Shown here piece by piece: positions 47,956 to 61,800 of a DNA stretch of 64,000 nucleotides. Source of the DNA: Antedon mediterranea (Eukaryota > Animalia > Echinodermata); contig NC_092676.1 in assembly GCF_964355755.1 (NCBI RefSeq), positions 23,764,871-23,828,870 of the forward strand, written 5' to 3'. The stretch's first letter is position 1. The number at the start of each line of letters is the position of its first letter. Made by a program: the position numbers and the translations under genes. The notes beneath the pieces are model-generated. The model saw only the letters and a program-made list of their open reading frames with translations, made no database searches and was not told the DNA's origin.

Positions 47956-50900
47956 GTTCAACCTAAAATCTGCAAAACAATGAAATATTATATTATTTAT
48001 ATTATATTATTTTGACTCACGCGTTAGAAACGGTGTCCTATCGAGTAATCGAATTTTAGAAATACAAACAAATCGAAAATGTATAGAATATAAAGCATGT
48101 GTAATATCTAACACGGACCATTTATTTGATATTAAACAAATAAAGTAAAGAACGTCTTAGAACATATTATTGTTTTGTGCTCTTATTGACTTTGTTTGTT
48201 TGTGATATTTATTGCTATCCATAAAATACACAATACAATACATTATAGTTTGAAATTAACAAAATCATACAAAAACTAAATGATTATACAGTTATAGAAT
48301 AGCAGAGGATAACCCTTTAGGCTGGGAAGCTTGTTTCAGCAGGGGTCCTCGACAATTATTAAACATCTAACATAGAAAGATAAAATTTAGTTATATACTA
48401 CAATTTACATTACTTTAATTAATAGATGAAATAACAATTTAGTATTTTATTTTATTTATTTTACAAATGAATATACAGTACCCTTATTATTAGTCCGAAA
48501 CAATTATTTATATTTACAAAATAGTTTACCAAAATACTAAGTAATTTTATATTATTACTTATTAAAAAAATATAAATTATAATTTTAATATAGTTAAAAT
48601 TTTCAATATAGTTAAAATGAGAAGTATATTATAATACATTTGTCAGCATTATTAGTTTACTAGAATGTTCTTGTAAAGGTCTTGATTTTAGAATAAAAGG
48701 CATAAAGAACTCATATCTGAATGCTTCTACAACTTGGAAATAATATGAAATAAAGAATAAACTGCTTACCTTTAATTCATAAAGAAATAATATAGATTGC
48801 CTCAACCAATAGGTTACAATAGCTTTCTAATGCATACTACTGTATAATTCACAATATACATTTACGAAATGCTTCTAAATAATGCGTATAATAATGCCTG
48901 TAGAGACTTCACATCCCAGAAGCAGCTTTATTTCCTCCTGTGTGCGATAATACATTCAGCTTGTTTTCTAGTGCGAGTGTACACAAACCAATGTAATTAA
49001 CTTAATTGAACCAGCCACAGAATGGTATAGCCAATATGTTTAGTTAATTACATAATATGTGTACATGTTAATTTTAATTACAAGATAGAGGTTTCCTTTC
49101 AAAACTATTTAAATTAATGCATACTTTATTAAAATGACATTGACGACAATATCAAAATCTAATCTACTTATTTGCGCTAGATTATGTAATCTAACAAATG
49201 TATTGTTTGGTTTTCTTATTATTACAATCCAATTATAATGGCATCATCAAATAATATTTTAGTATAACTTTTAATAACACGAGGCATGAATTGCAATGTG
49301 TAGGCATGAAAATCTATCTTTATTCACGCAATTTTTCTATTTTTTTTCTTCTTTTTAAAATTAAAAAAGCTTTTTTCTTATTAATATTAGTGGTTATGAG
49401 ACACATTTCATCAAAATGATAACACCATTAGATTACCAATAATGACACACAATTGCAATTTGATTAATTTAAATGGTTACATTCATTATTTTTTACTTCA
49501 AAATATGTGTATCAAAATAAATATTATTATTATTTTGATAATAAAAAACCTTAAAAAATCTTTTTTATTAATAAATTTAAGTTGTTTCCATTCTTTGATA
49601 GTTCGTCTGATTGCACGAACGCGAAATTCCTTTGCGACTGCGCAATAGGTTTGATATCCAAAGTGTATTTTGTTAGGTCAATAGGAGGCGGTGTTCATAT
49701 ACTCTGCTATTCCGAAGATGTGTAAACGCTGTTTGACAGGTGTTGCATTTTGAATTTCTTCCATGCTGATTTAACCTACGAAACAACCAATTCAATTGCT
49801 ATAATTAGCATAAAATATTGGTTCATATTAAAAATGTTCACGTCATCATGACGTAAACAACGGATCTATTTTATTGAATAAGAACAGTTGAAGGATCCCA
49901 ACTAAAAGGAAACCTTGTCTCACGTCTTAACTAATAAATAATTATCCAGCGTACTGTTTTAAAATATGAGCAGTGTGTATATTTAGGGCCTACACAGAAT
50001 TTGCTTTAACCTCTCTCACCTCTTTGCTTAGAAAACACTGAGTAAACCAGATCAAAAATCCTTGAAAAGATGACGAAAAAACAAACAAGTATTGTAACAC
50101 GATGCTGTTGTTAAAAAGTAGAAAAATACCGAAGATCCAGGTTAACCCAACTGCTGGCGTCAGAAGAAGAATCCTGTACAACAGTGTTCTAAAATTAAAT
50201 AAAAAGTTGAAAAAGTAAAAAGTTCAGTCTATCAATCTCTTATGTCGCTGTAGTTTTTCAGGAAAAGGTGTAACTCGCGCTCCCTTGGTTTATTGTGAGC
50301 TTTAAATATAAGGACGAATCATCGTACTTAGCAAGACACAGTCAACTTCATTTCACAGATTACCTTATACGGAACTCTCATAATCATCATATAAATAATT
50401 GTTTTCTCAGAGGAGAGGACAGAACGAACTTAATAATAGTTAACCTTAACAAAAGAAACAATCGAATTTGTTTTGGATCAAAACAGCCTTTTTCCTGGAT
50501 TACTTAGCTATAAAAAAAGAGTAGTGAATTTTTACCTTATTTGCTGCAGTTTACTTCTCTCATCATCGTTCTGAATACTTTGTGATTTGGTGTACGCAAC
50601 ATACCCTACAACACTCAGTTGAACGGTTACAACCTGAAAGCCAAGTTAACCATTGTAAATGTAATACCTACTAGTCAAATTGTAGGTCTAGACATTTTCC
50701 AAATCTTTCCAATAAATCAAAACGAAAGACAGTTAATCAACAATTTTTAAAATAGTATTTTCCAATATTGTGAAAATAACTGGACCGATGAATGTCCACG
50801 TCACGCCATTGGCAGTGTTCAGCCTACAACTTAAAACAAAAAAAGAAAAATAGTTTAAAATAAACATCCAACACAACACAAACATGTACCCTTACCAACT

Positions 50901-53400
50901 ATATTCTATCGCCAAATATAAACATTATCTATCTTGAACTATTGTTACATTAATCAATATTGTAAATATGTAAAGTTTTTCATGTCGATTCCTCGGTATT
51001 TTACGTAAGCTTGAAGCTCCAATGTGGTGAAGTAAGACGTTTGTAAAGTCTTATGGTCTTTTTATACAATTAACGCTTTGAGAGGTTATGCTTAGCTAAA
51101 GTTTTAATACCTTTCAGATGCGTAGTGTTTACCACCAATAGAAACGGTAATTATAACCAACAGCAGAGGAAATGCCCATCCAAATATTCTGAAAAATACA
51201 AATCTTCTTTCTGGATCCCAAAACGCATGTTGAATGCACATGTACATATCTGTAGACAAAATTGCCATCCACGAAAACGCCACCAACAGGGAGTAATGCA
51301 GACAGGCTGCGATCAAAGAACAGACGACCTGCGATGCAAGTGATTTGATAATTAATAGAGATGTTGTAGTTTAGTTGTGGTTTATTATAGTTAAGTTACG
51401 TTTTAAACAGTTCATAATAAATCGTAACGTAAAGTATTGGTTGTTTCTTGCTCTTTACGGATTATAATTCTGATCTATCCGAATTCAGTAATATAGGCCT
51501 ATACAGAAAACTAGGAATGTCAATTTTTAAGTTCGTAACCAGCCAAGTAACCCTCCTCCATTCCCCTCCAAAATACAAATCCTCAGTTTTCTGATGTACA
51601 GTAACCATAACTACTTACCCTGTTTGTTACGTTTAATGACAGAAAAAAAAAACAAAAGTTTGTACACAGCAACGAGATAACCAAATGCCTTAACATCCTA
51701 TACCGTCTGGATTTCCTAAGGTCACTAAAAAAATTAAAGTAAATTTACAACATTTCAAAATAGAAAATTATCATGTTTTGTTGACGTTTTTGGAAAATTC
51801 CAAGAAAAATCTGAAACTTTTTCCGGGTTCTATTCAACACCAGCTTAACTTTTATACGTTTATCTATTTTATATTAAAAAAAAAATGTTTCTCCAACCTG
51901 AGAAAACATATGATACACATTGTGAATATAAGAAACCCATTGAATATTGTCAACCCTGCATACGATAGTACTTCCACACCAACGGCAGCATCTTCGTCTG
52001 TTTTTTAAGTATCCTGAAAATGAACATTTCAATTAGTCTATCCATGGAGGTATACAATAAGCTTGAACGAACAGTGTGTATGGTAAAATACTGCGTACTT
52101 TAAAATATGGATATAAGAAGCATTACAAAAAACAGAATAATTGTGATTTGGATGTGTATCAACAACTTATATAATTACCAAGAACAAACATTCTGTTTTT
52201 CTATACAGTCATTTAGTTGTCAAAAAGGTAACTTAAGGCTCCCAACAACTATTTTTGTAGTCGTGCTTGCGGTTTACACCCAGTTTTATGTTCGTATAGT
52301 ATAGGCTCTCACTACCGACACTACATTCAATCACTTGGATTAGTTTAATCTGGCAGGGAGAAGAGTCTTCCCTTGATCAGGTGATCAATTTGATCGGTAG
52401 TGAAAACCTACTAATAACAAAACAACCTTATGAGATGAGGAACAAACGCATACCTCTTTAGTTTGCATAAGAATTGCAAACGTTGTCAGGTGGTTACATT
52501 GACATACTATTGGTTTAGTCTTAACATCTTCTGATAAAGTTTCACAACCTTCTTTTGACCAAGTGCTTAAACAAACAAGTAGAGTAATACTTTTCTTATT
52601 AAAAATTGTAAGTAGCAACTTGGTGTTAACACGCTCCTAAATGTAGATATACTTGCATACGCATGACACTTACATAGGACTTGCGGATTCATCAATAAAA
52701 GAACAGATTGGTTCCCTGTTTTTAAGTTCTGCTTCCTCAGTTAGCTAAACAAAACACAGTTTCATTAATCAGCACGGAATACAGTAATCACCATTGATTC
52801 TTCTTTGTTGTTTTCATTTGTTTTACTTGGTAAAATTATTGCAAAGACACAAAATAGTCCACAATTTGAAATACAGACCATGAACATTGATGATGATTGG
52901 TTTCTCTGCATTTTGCCAACTATTATTTCGACATGTCGCTTCTTATTTTGATCATTGGGGCCCTCGACAATACAATACAATACAAACAGTACAAAATACA
53001 TTATCATAAACAAATAATTATAAAAAAACTACTATATTTATATTAAAATTGTGATAAAATTTCTAGATTTCATAAAATTCAATAAGTAATGTTTTTAACA
53101 CATCACTTAATATATAATTATTTTATTTACAATGTTAGGCATATAGTTGATCTATGTTTAAGTGAAAACATCCTTCATTACCTTTAATATGGGGAAAACA
53201 AGTTTTACATTTGCATTTCTTGTATCATTTCGTCCATTGACATAAACTGTTACAGATACAAGATCACTCACAACTTCAGAATTGGTAAGATCGCTACTAA
53301 ATCTGAAACAAATTAAAACACAAATACTTTGACAAAAGAGGTCATTGTCCTGCATTTATTTGGACAGTTCTGTTTCTTTCGAAGGGGTGAGCGTCATCAT

Positions 53401-54210
53401 TTTTAGTCGCGTGGAAGCGACTCTATAGTTCACTATGTCGGTCGGTCGGTCTGTCTGTCTGTCTGTCGGTCTGTCTGTCGGTCTGTCTGTCTGTCTGTCG
53501 GTCCGGTATCACTATGCGTTTTATCGCTTTATGACCTTATCTTGATATCAGTTTAATCTAGCTAAATCAATTTTTCACAGAATATTCCTTATGGCCAGGA
53601 ATCGATGTGGTTATGATTTCACGGTGCGCAATAAAAAATTACGCGGTCTACGCACGATTTAACGAAATCACGTTTGTAATCATATCTTAACAACCATGAA
53701 TCACAATTAAATAAAATTTGGTACTCATACATTTCAGGGCATAAATCATCATATGGCAATACAATTACGTGCGTAGCGCATGTAACGCATGCGTACGCGC
53801 GCCTAAAATTTTCAAAATTTATTTTCGATGAAATAAGAGTACGTTTCAGGCAATTTTAAGCGTTTACAAAATTGCCATGAGTGCGCAGATTTTTGCGCGC
53901 GCACTGCGCGTTAAATGTTATTGCGCACTCTTTTTGCCCGATTTCTGTTTTCTTGACATACTTTTCAACTCGAAATTACGTTATACGAGCACGTCAAAAG
54001 TGACAGGCTACGCACGTGTAAATTAAAAAAATATAAATGTTTTTAAACATTTCAACATTTTTAAACATGTTCAGTAATTCCGGTCAGTATAGTTCACTAT
54101 GTCGGTCGGTCCGTCTGTCTGTCGGTCTGTCTGTCTGTCGGTCTGTTTGTCTGTCGGTCCGGTATCACTATGCATTGTAGCACGCGACTTAATGGCTGTT
54201 GGCCTTGTTT
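53401..54210 (+). mobile_element. Helentron-associated (HINE/DINE-1-like) non-autonomous element
   Basis: T-rich flanks, 5' AGTCGCGTGGAAGCGACT hairpin/subTIR, two (GTCG/GTCT)n microsatellites, 3' subTIR CACGCGACT, then a GGC..GCC stem and TTGTTT. Confidence 0.75.
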
Positions 54211-56815
54211 AAATAAAGCTAGATATTATTTTTTTTAAACCCCAGTTTTCCTTACTCAATTATGTCTTATTACGAATACTCACGGTATTGACAAATTTAC
54301 AGATATCAACTTGGCTGCAATTACTCCAATTGTTTCTTTAGATAATAAATATAACTACAATTAGACAAACCACGGACCTTTTCAATCTTGTAAAACGTAT
54401 TACAGTTTCGATTATTTGAATTGAGTTCTAGTTTGGGCCTCTATGGCAACAATTCTCACATTCACTTGAAAGCGCTTTGTATTTGTAATTTTTTTCTTTT
54501 ACTGCCTACAAGTGCTCTTTCGTTCTATTGTTATTCCAATTAAATAACTACTCTAAAACTAAACCTTTGATACAATAACTTACCTTCCAAATTTTTGTCC
54601 CATTCGAGTGCAAGTACGATTGTATTTTGTTCTCTTGTTATACGAGTCAATTCAATCGTTGGGTTTGATGATTTAATGAGTACACCTTCTAATAATGTAT
54701 TAAAACATTATTACAATCAATTTAAGATTTAAAATTTTTTTTCAACAACTGATGTGCTACTACCGTAGCAGGAGTGGATACGGGATTTGTTTGTTGTGCA
54801 TTTACCTGAGATGTTATTATCTTTAAAATGTATATAAACAAGTAACGGGCTTAATGTTTGAAAATGGCATAGACGTTAGATATGTTATTATACCTATCGT
54901 ATACTATTCCTAAAAATGTATAAATAAGTATTACCTGCTTTGACATCCACTGTGAAGTATATCAATTCTCCGTCTGCTAGTTGATCCAATTTAGAATATT
55001 GCACAAAAGTGATGTTATTAACGAGGGCAATTACATCATTTGAAATAGCCGTGTCTGGTCGTTTAAGGGGACAAAATAAGTATGTATGTTTAGATGTTCT
55101 GTAGTTAACATTTTGTCATTAAAATTGATAAAAACCAAAGAAAAACAATTTGTTGTAGAGAAATGGATTTTCTAAAATAATGACAATGATTAATAGAGAT
55201 GAAAGCAAGTTGTTCAAAAATAACAAATTATTAAAAACAAAAGTTCCGCGAAGAAGGCATCGACAGGACCCTTAAACCGGCACCATAAGGAATGAAGGTC
55301 AATTATCCCGTATCTGAGTATTAAGTAAGTAAAAAGAATTTCCTGGCATTACTACAGAAAGTAGTCTTGCCCAAAAAATACTCCTGAACTGAATCATACC
55401 TTGTGAATCGTCAATAACATCTGACTAGCTGTTTCGGTGGCCGTGCAACCACCGGGTCTGCCCACTCCGCTATGAAGACAATCAGTAAGTGCTGCCTCGG
55501 AACCAAGACAATGCATCGATTTAACTATTGGTTCTCCTTCTCCGTGGTACGAACCCGTGTGGACTTCTATGGCAGACGAGTAACCTAGCTGTCGACAAGC
55601 AACGGTCCCATCATCGATGTCCCATTCGTCATCACAAACAGCTCCCCATGCTCCGTTTTCGTCTGATATCTCCACTCGACCTTCGTTGGGCGATAGTCCA
55701 TTTACTAGTCGAATATCTAAAAAAGTAACTTTAATCCGGAAATAAAGCTTCATTTTTATTTGATTATTATATTGGTATTATTATATTATTCACTTGATTA
55801 CTAATACATAGCATTATAAAAATCAATTAAAAAATTGATAATTATGAATTTGAATAAAAGTGTATCAATTATATTATTTATATTATCAGTAAGACTAGTA
55901 ATTGCCTGTTAATGTCTATGTATAGCATTGAATAATTTATCAATTTGATATTTTATCAGAAGGCCAATAATTGACTGTTTAATGGTATGATGATATATTA
56001 ACCAACAAAAGGAACACTTGTTGGTGGATGTTATAATAAAAGTAGTCTAGTTAATTAGGCTTTGATAAACATAAGTACACCAATTTGGAGTTTTATACAG
56101 TACATTTATGTATAATATTGGCAATACCTAGTGTTGTATTCATACACTGAACTGAAACTCTTCGAACGCGTGGTGTATAACAATCATCCGATACATTTCC
56201 AAATCTTCCAACACCATTTGTACATTCAATCAAAGAATTTTCATACCCATTACAATCGACGTCATCTGCAACCATGATACCACCAAGTTTGGCGTATCTG
56301 TCGAAATTGTAACAGGATCTATAGTTTAAATACCGACATACGACTGAACAAGCCTTGAAGTTCCATCCATGTGAGCAGATTGTTCTATAGGAACCATTGA
56401 AGTAGAGTCCAACAGTACCTTCATGAGGTCCACTTCTGTCCGCAAAGATGAGTTCTGAATGAGCAAAGTAAGAGCATGGTTAATACTATAAACTAGAAAT
56501 TGCATAGTGAAAGCAAACCTACACTGTTTGCTTGCACATTGCTTTGACATACACTGTCCTTAATCAGCTATTTAAATAATACATAATACTTAAATGTATC
56601 TTGTGGTTCGGCGGTTACTAAAGAGAACCCAATTCGACATTCTGCAAGAACAATATGTAGAATGTTTCTACTTAAGTTAGTTGACTATGAATGTTTCTTT
56701 GTTGTGTGAGTATTAAATACTATTTTGAAAGTACTATCAGGAGGATCTCTCGCGTTGTATAATTCTCCATCATATTTCGTTCAAGATTCACCTAGAGAGT
56801 ACCAGAATTTGATTA

Positions 56816-56948
56816 AGCTCTGTCTACACTATCAAACTAGTTTGACAAAAACGTGTGATATGCTTAAATATGGTAGTGATATAACATCATCATGTCTATA
56901 TATGGACAAATTATATTTTTGATGACATAACATTGTGTAGACAGAGCT
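56816..56948. mobile_element. Harbinger-like MITE (AGCTCTGTCTACACTATCAAA family)
   Basis: TIRs AGCTCTGTCTACAC / GTGTAGACAGAGCT with TTA/TAA-type flanks. Confidence 0.75.
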
Positions 56949-57279
56949 TTAGGATCCCGAGAACACGATCATTCAAACAACCTCCAAAAATTGGTTACGA
57001 ATAGACAAAGTTGAATTATTCTCGGTAGCTAGTTCGCGATCAAGACAGACAGCGAAAGCTCTATAAATTCACGCTTTCCTAATATGATTAATTATATTGT
57101 GAGTTTTTATAGTTATATAATTAAGGCCTATATAATTATAGTTTTTCTAAAGAATTAAATTAACTGGTAATAATGATTTTCTTATTTATATTACCTGAAC
57201 GAAATGTTGTAAAGATCAAAACAATCTTGAGCCAAATGTCATGGAAGTACATACTACTAGAACTTAAAAGAAACCACAC

Positions 57280-57455
57280 CATCATCATCATCATCATCAG
57301 TCGGCTGCGGACCAGACGACTACAAGCTTTCTCCAGCCACAACGGTCCTTGGCTAACTCTGACAGCTTATCAGTTGTAATCATGCCTCCTTCATCCCCTA
57401 AAAGCTGTTGGATGTATCTCAGAAAGTTGGTTTTCTGCCTTCCTCGTTTTCTTAA
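57280..57455 (-). mobile_element. RTE-like LINE 3' end relic
   Basis: The minus strand encodes RKRGRQKTNFLR and ends in an (ATG)n tail, seen as (CAT)n at 57280-57298. Confidence 0.5.
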
Positions 57456-58848
57456 AGTTTGGAACCAATTTCTCAGCGAAACATCTGATGTATGTTTTGT
57501 ACACTTGTAAACTTTTTCTTGTTTATTTTGTATAGGTATTTTTGTTGGTTTCAGTTAAAGTAAACCCTGTTGCAAAGTTGTACCTTCCAAATAAATTATC
57601 ACATTATTTAATTTAAAACAAAGCATAGTAGTTCTAGTATAGGTAATATCTCATTTACATTCAGTAGAAAGTCAGGTCTAAAAACAATGTTTTGCTAACA
57701 ATTGAGTATAGCAAGGAGTAGACTTACCTGCGGTATTAGTGTTACTCTGTACTGCCAAACAAAGTCTCATTAACTTTTGGAATATAAACCATCCAGCAAA
57801 GAATGCCAAATATACGCCGACTTATGTTATTTTTGTAAATCTACCACCATCCTCAATTTATTAATGAAATTATCAAAAATGTATTGTACTATGAAATAAC
57901 CTTGAAAAGCTCCCTTCTCTAATACTGAAATTGGTCAGAATCGAATAAATTCTAAGCCGTTAGCACTTTCTCATTTATACAAGAAAAAATATAGGCCTTG
58001 ATGAATGAATGGATGAATGAATACATCATCAATGCATGAAATGCATGTTTCATCCATACGCCTTTTTCTTATTTGATGAAACTTAAGTTGCATAATTATT
58101 TAATATCGATTTCCAAATTTTATATAATAATTACCTAATCAGTCATTATTGACGCAATTTTCTTACTATGTAATTAATCTGCGCGATACAATTTTCATCA
58201 AGAAAAATAATGACATTATGCGTAAGTAAAGCAACATGTGTACAATTGCCTTAAGGTGGTATTTTAGTTATCTAAATAATTACGGTAATTACTACTACTA
58301 CGTCGTTCTTTCTTTTAACATACAAAATGGTGTGTTTGCTATAATCAACATAGCTATGTTGTGGTAGGCCTACCGTAGTTAAGGAGCGTCAACTAATCAG
58401 AAGTAGAATACTTAAGTCATTGTTACATCGTGAGTTTACGAAACTATTTTAAAAATACATTATAAATTAATATCTTTGAAATATATGAATAAAAGGTAGT
58501 AACTAAACGTTGATGTACAGTAATAGACAGTGTAAAGCTCTGTCTATACTATAAAGCTTTACGCGACAAAAAAAGTGTGATGTGCCTAAATATGGTAGCG
58601 ATATGCCCGAATATATGGTAGTGATATGACATTGTCCATATATATCTTTAAAAGAGGTCTTGCGTCGGGTAAGCCTAACATGGTTATGACAATAGTATCT
58701 GTTAAAGGTTTACATCACAGTTGTAGTGAATTATGTGCAGTTGAGTTCCGGTGCCGGAACCCTTACAACGGCGAAAAAAATGTGGTGATATTGTGGTCGT
58801 CACGCGAAAGAGAACCAACAACAAATAACGTGACTTAAAAATGTTCTG

Positions 58849-61800
58849 CTATTCCGAAGAGGTATCAACGCTGTTTGACATGCGTTGCATTTTGAATTTC
58901 TTCCATGCTGATTTAACCTGCGAAACAACAAATTAAAATGCCATCATTAGCATAAAATATTGGTTCATATTAGACGCTTTCACGTCACATGACGTGAACA
59001 ACGACGGAGCTATTTGGACTTGGTGGTGACTGCGTTCCCGGCGACTGGCAACAATATTATGTATATGCATTTGTGCTACCTACTAATATTCACATAGATG
59101 CTAACCAGTGAAAACATTCTAATGTGAACCAGTCCAACTAACATGTACATTGTTCTGTTCCAGTAATATTCTCACCCGAGAATTACTTGCGTATTTTTTC
59201 TCAAAAAGTATTTTCTCGTAAGTATTCTCAATGTACTTAGTATAAAGTACACATTACGTCAGAGTATAGGGCAAAACATCTGACCAATTAGTAATATTCT
59301 AATTATCCAGAGTGTTGTTTCAATTACAAGACACGTGAATAGTCTAGTTTAAGTCAGGGCCTACACAAAACGTTAAGCTTTCTCACCTCTTTGCTAAGAA
59401 AACACTGAGTGAGCCAGATGAAAAAGCCTTGAAAGGACGAAGAAAAAACAAACAGGTATTGTAAAACGATGCTGTTGTTAAAAAGTTGAAAAATACCGAA
59501 GATCCAGGTTAACCCAACTGCTGGCGTCAGAAGAAGAATCCTGTACAACAGTGTTCTACAATTAAACGAAAATAATAGGATAAGAAACTTAGCATCACTG
59601 CCGTACATTCTCTTCAAAAATGCATTTAATGCGTCATAGCCCAAAGCTCTCTCTACACTATCACATTTTTATGAGAAAAAACAATTTGACATTTCCATAA
59701 ATGGAAAAGATGACGTCATATCACTACCTTATTTTGGCACATCACATTATGTTTGTCAAACTAGTTTGATAGTGTAAACAGAGCTTAAGTCTAAAAAATA
59801 ACCAAACGCATCATCGTAGAATTGCCACCGTCATTTTACAGATTTAACTAAACTACTTATCTGAAAATAACTATTCATCATATAAAAACATTATTTGAAA
59901 TATTAGAACGTTTATAGAAATGCTATTTTACATGTAAAGTTGAACGATACTATGAAATAAATTAGTGTTCTACGAAGGAGAGAGAAAAAACTGACAGAGA
60001 CAGATCAACGGTTTCCGGCCAAACTTATTGGAGTTGAAATACGAGCCAAAGAAACAATCACATTTATCTACAGTTCGCTCACTCAATTCGCAACCATTCC
60101 TAGATTTTCATAGTTCTATTAAAAAAGAGTGGCAACTAGACGTAATTTACCTTATCTGCTGCAGTTTAGTTCTCTCATCATCGTTCTGAATACTTTGTGA
60201 TTTAGTGTACGCAACATACCCTACAACACTCAGTTGAACGGTTACAATCTAGAACCCGAATGAAGAGAAGTTAATAATGTCCAATATCAAATAATTAGAT
60301 GACGACATTCTGTTGCCTTTATCTGAATGAACACTAAACCAATGTACAGAAAATCAATTACCGTATTTATAAACGATAAAGATGCGGAAATCTTTGATAA
60401 TGATTTTTCTACTTGATAATCATACTGTTATACTTTTGGAACCTGCATGGAATGGTTGTTTGTTGTTATTGTTTTTTATGGTTTAGATTCGATTGGAATT
60501 TACTTTACTATTACTGATTGTTATCATTTGCATTACGCAATGTTAGCACTATACATTCTTCTGTTAGGACTAAAAAAAGGAAAATTAAAAATTACCAATA
60601 TTGTGAAAATAACTGGACCGATAAATGACCACGTCACGTCATTGACAGTATTCAGCCAGCAACTTGAAAAAAAAAATTAAAATAGTTAACCTTACCAACT
60701 CTCAAAATTAAACAGAATGTCTTGTTTTCTATCTTGAATTATTGTAAAAACACCCTAATAGAAGAGAGAATAGGCTTAACTAGTGTTTGATACCTTTCAG
60801 ATGCGTAGTGCTTGCCGCCAATAGAAACGGTAATTATTACCAACAACAGAGGAAATGCCCATCCGAATATTCTGAAAAATACAAATCTTCTTTCTGGATC
60901 CCAAAACGCATGTTGAATGCACATGTACACATCTGTAGACAAAATTGCCATCCACGAAAACGCCACCAACAGAGAGTAATGCAGACAAGCTGCGATGAGA
61001 GAACAGACGACCTGCGATAAACAATCAATATTTCTAATTAATTGATTGTACTTTGACATTAGTTAAATAGTTTCTATTAATTTTAACCAGCTCATAATAA
61101 ATCTAACATATTTATTTCGATTTAAAAAAAAAATGTTAAGAAGTAAATAGGCCTGCTTTGTATTAATGTTTATTCAGAAAATTAAAACACTAAATGAATG
61201 CTAATGTTTACTAATGGTATGATAATAAAGGTTAAAATTATGATATCAATGAGGGAAAAACAGAAAATAATGAAAAAAAAGTAGAAAATGTTTAGAAAAC
61301 TTGTAAGGAAACATTGACTGAATAAACGTGATGGTGAACCACAACAGAAAAATAAATAAATATAACATATTAGTTCTGCCTTATCTATGATCGATGTAAT
61401 AAAAACACTGTTCATATCTGAGATGGATGTAACTCACCTCTTCAAATAATTTCTTCCACTTCATATACAAATTATAATCAAAATAGCAAGAAAAAATCGT
61501 AGAAGGAAGCAGACATTACAAACAAATATCAAAAGTGAGCAGTATGCTACAGTGTAGAACACGTTAATTATATCTAAACTTATATCTTACTTATAACTAA
61601 ATTTACCTTGTTTGTTATGTTAAATGACAGAAAAGAAAAACAAAAGTTTGTACACAGCAAGGAGATGACCAAATGTCTTAACATCCTATACCGTCTAGAT
61701 TTTCTAAGGTCACTAAAAAAACAATTATTACGTATAAGTAAATTTAAAAGCTGTCAAAAATATCTTTACGTCTTCAGGAAATTCCAAATGCGGCTTTCAT

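Larger units (their letters stand above)
49707..57770 (-). pseudogene. Adhesion GPCR B (SRCR-SRCR-GAIN/GPS-7TM), probable pseudogene
   Basis: Approximate exons 56128-56454 (SRCR1), 55400-55716 (SRCR2), 54935-55054, 54584-54687, 54284-54335, 53182-53302, 52674-52744, 52454-52565 (CQCNHL|TTFAILM), 51898-52013, 51619-51724, 51111-51328, 50763-50829, 50536-50633, 50020-50188, 49707-49775. Lesions: frame break at the SRCR2 end, TAA at 52005-52007, donor GT>GA at 50761, and CWL>CRL. The 5' exon is uncertain. Confidence 0.82.

Noticed and set aside
57728-57850. Intact signal-peptide exon for adhesion GPCR B
   Set aside because: It has a good phase-1 donor and a hydrophobic frame, but an in-frame TAA and no clear upstream ATG, so the start could not be fixed.
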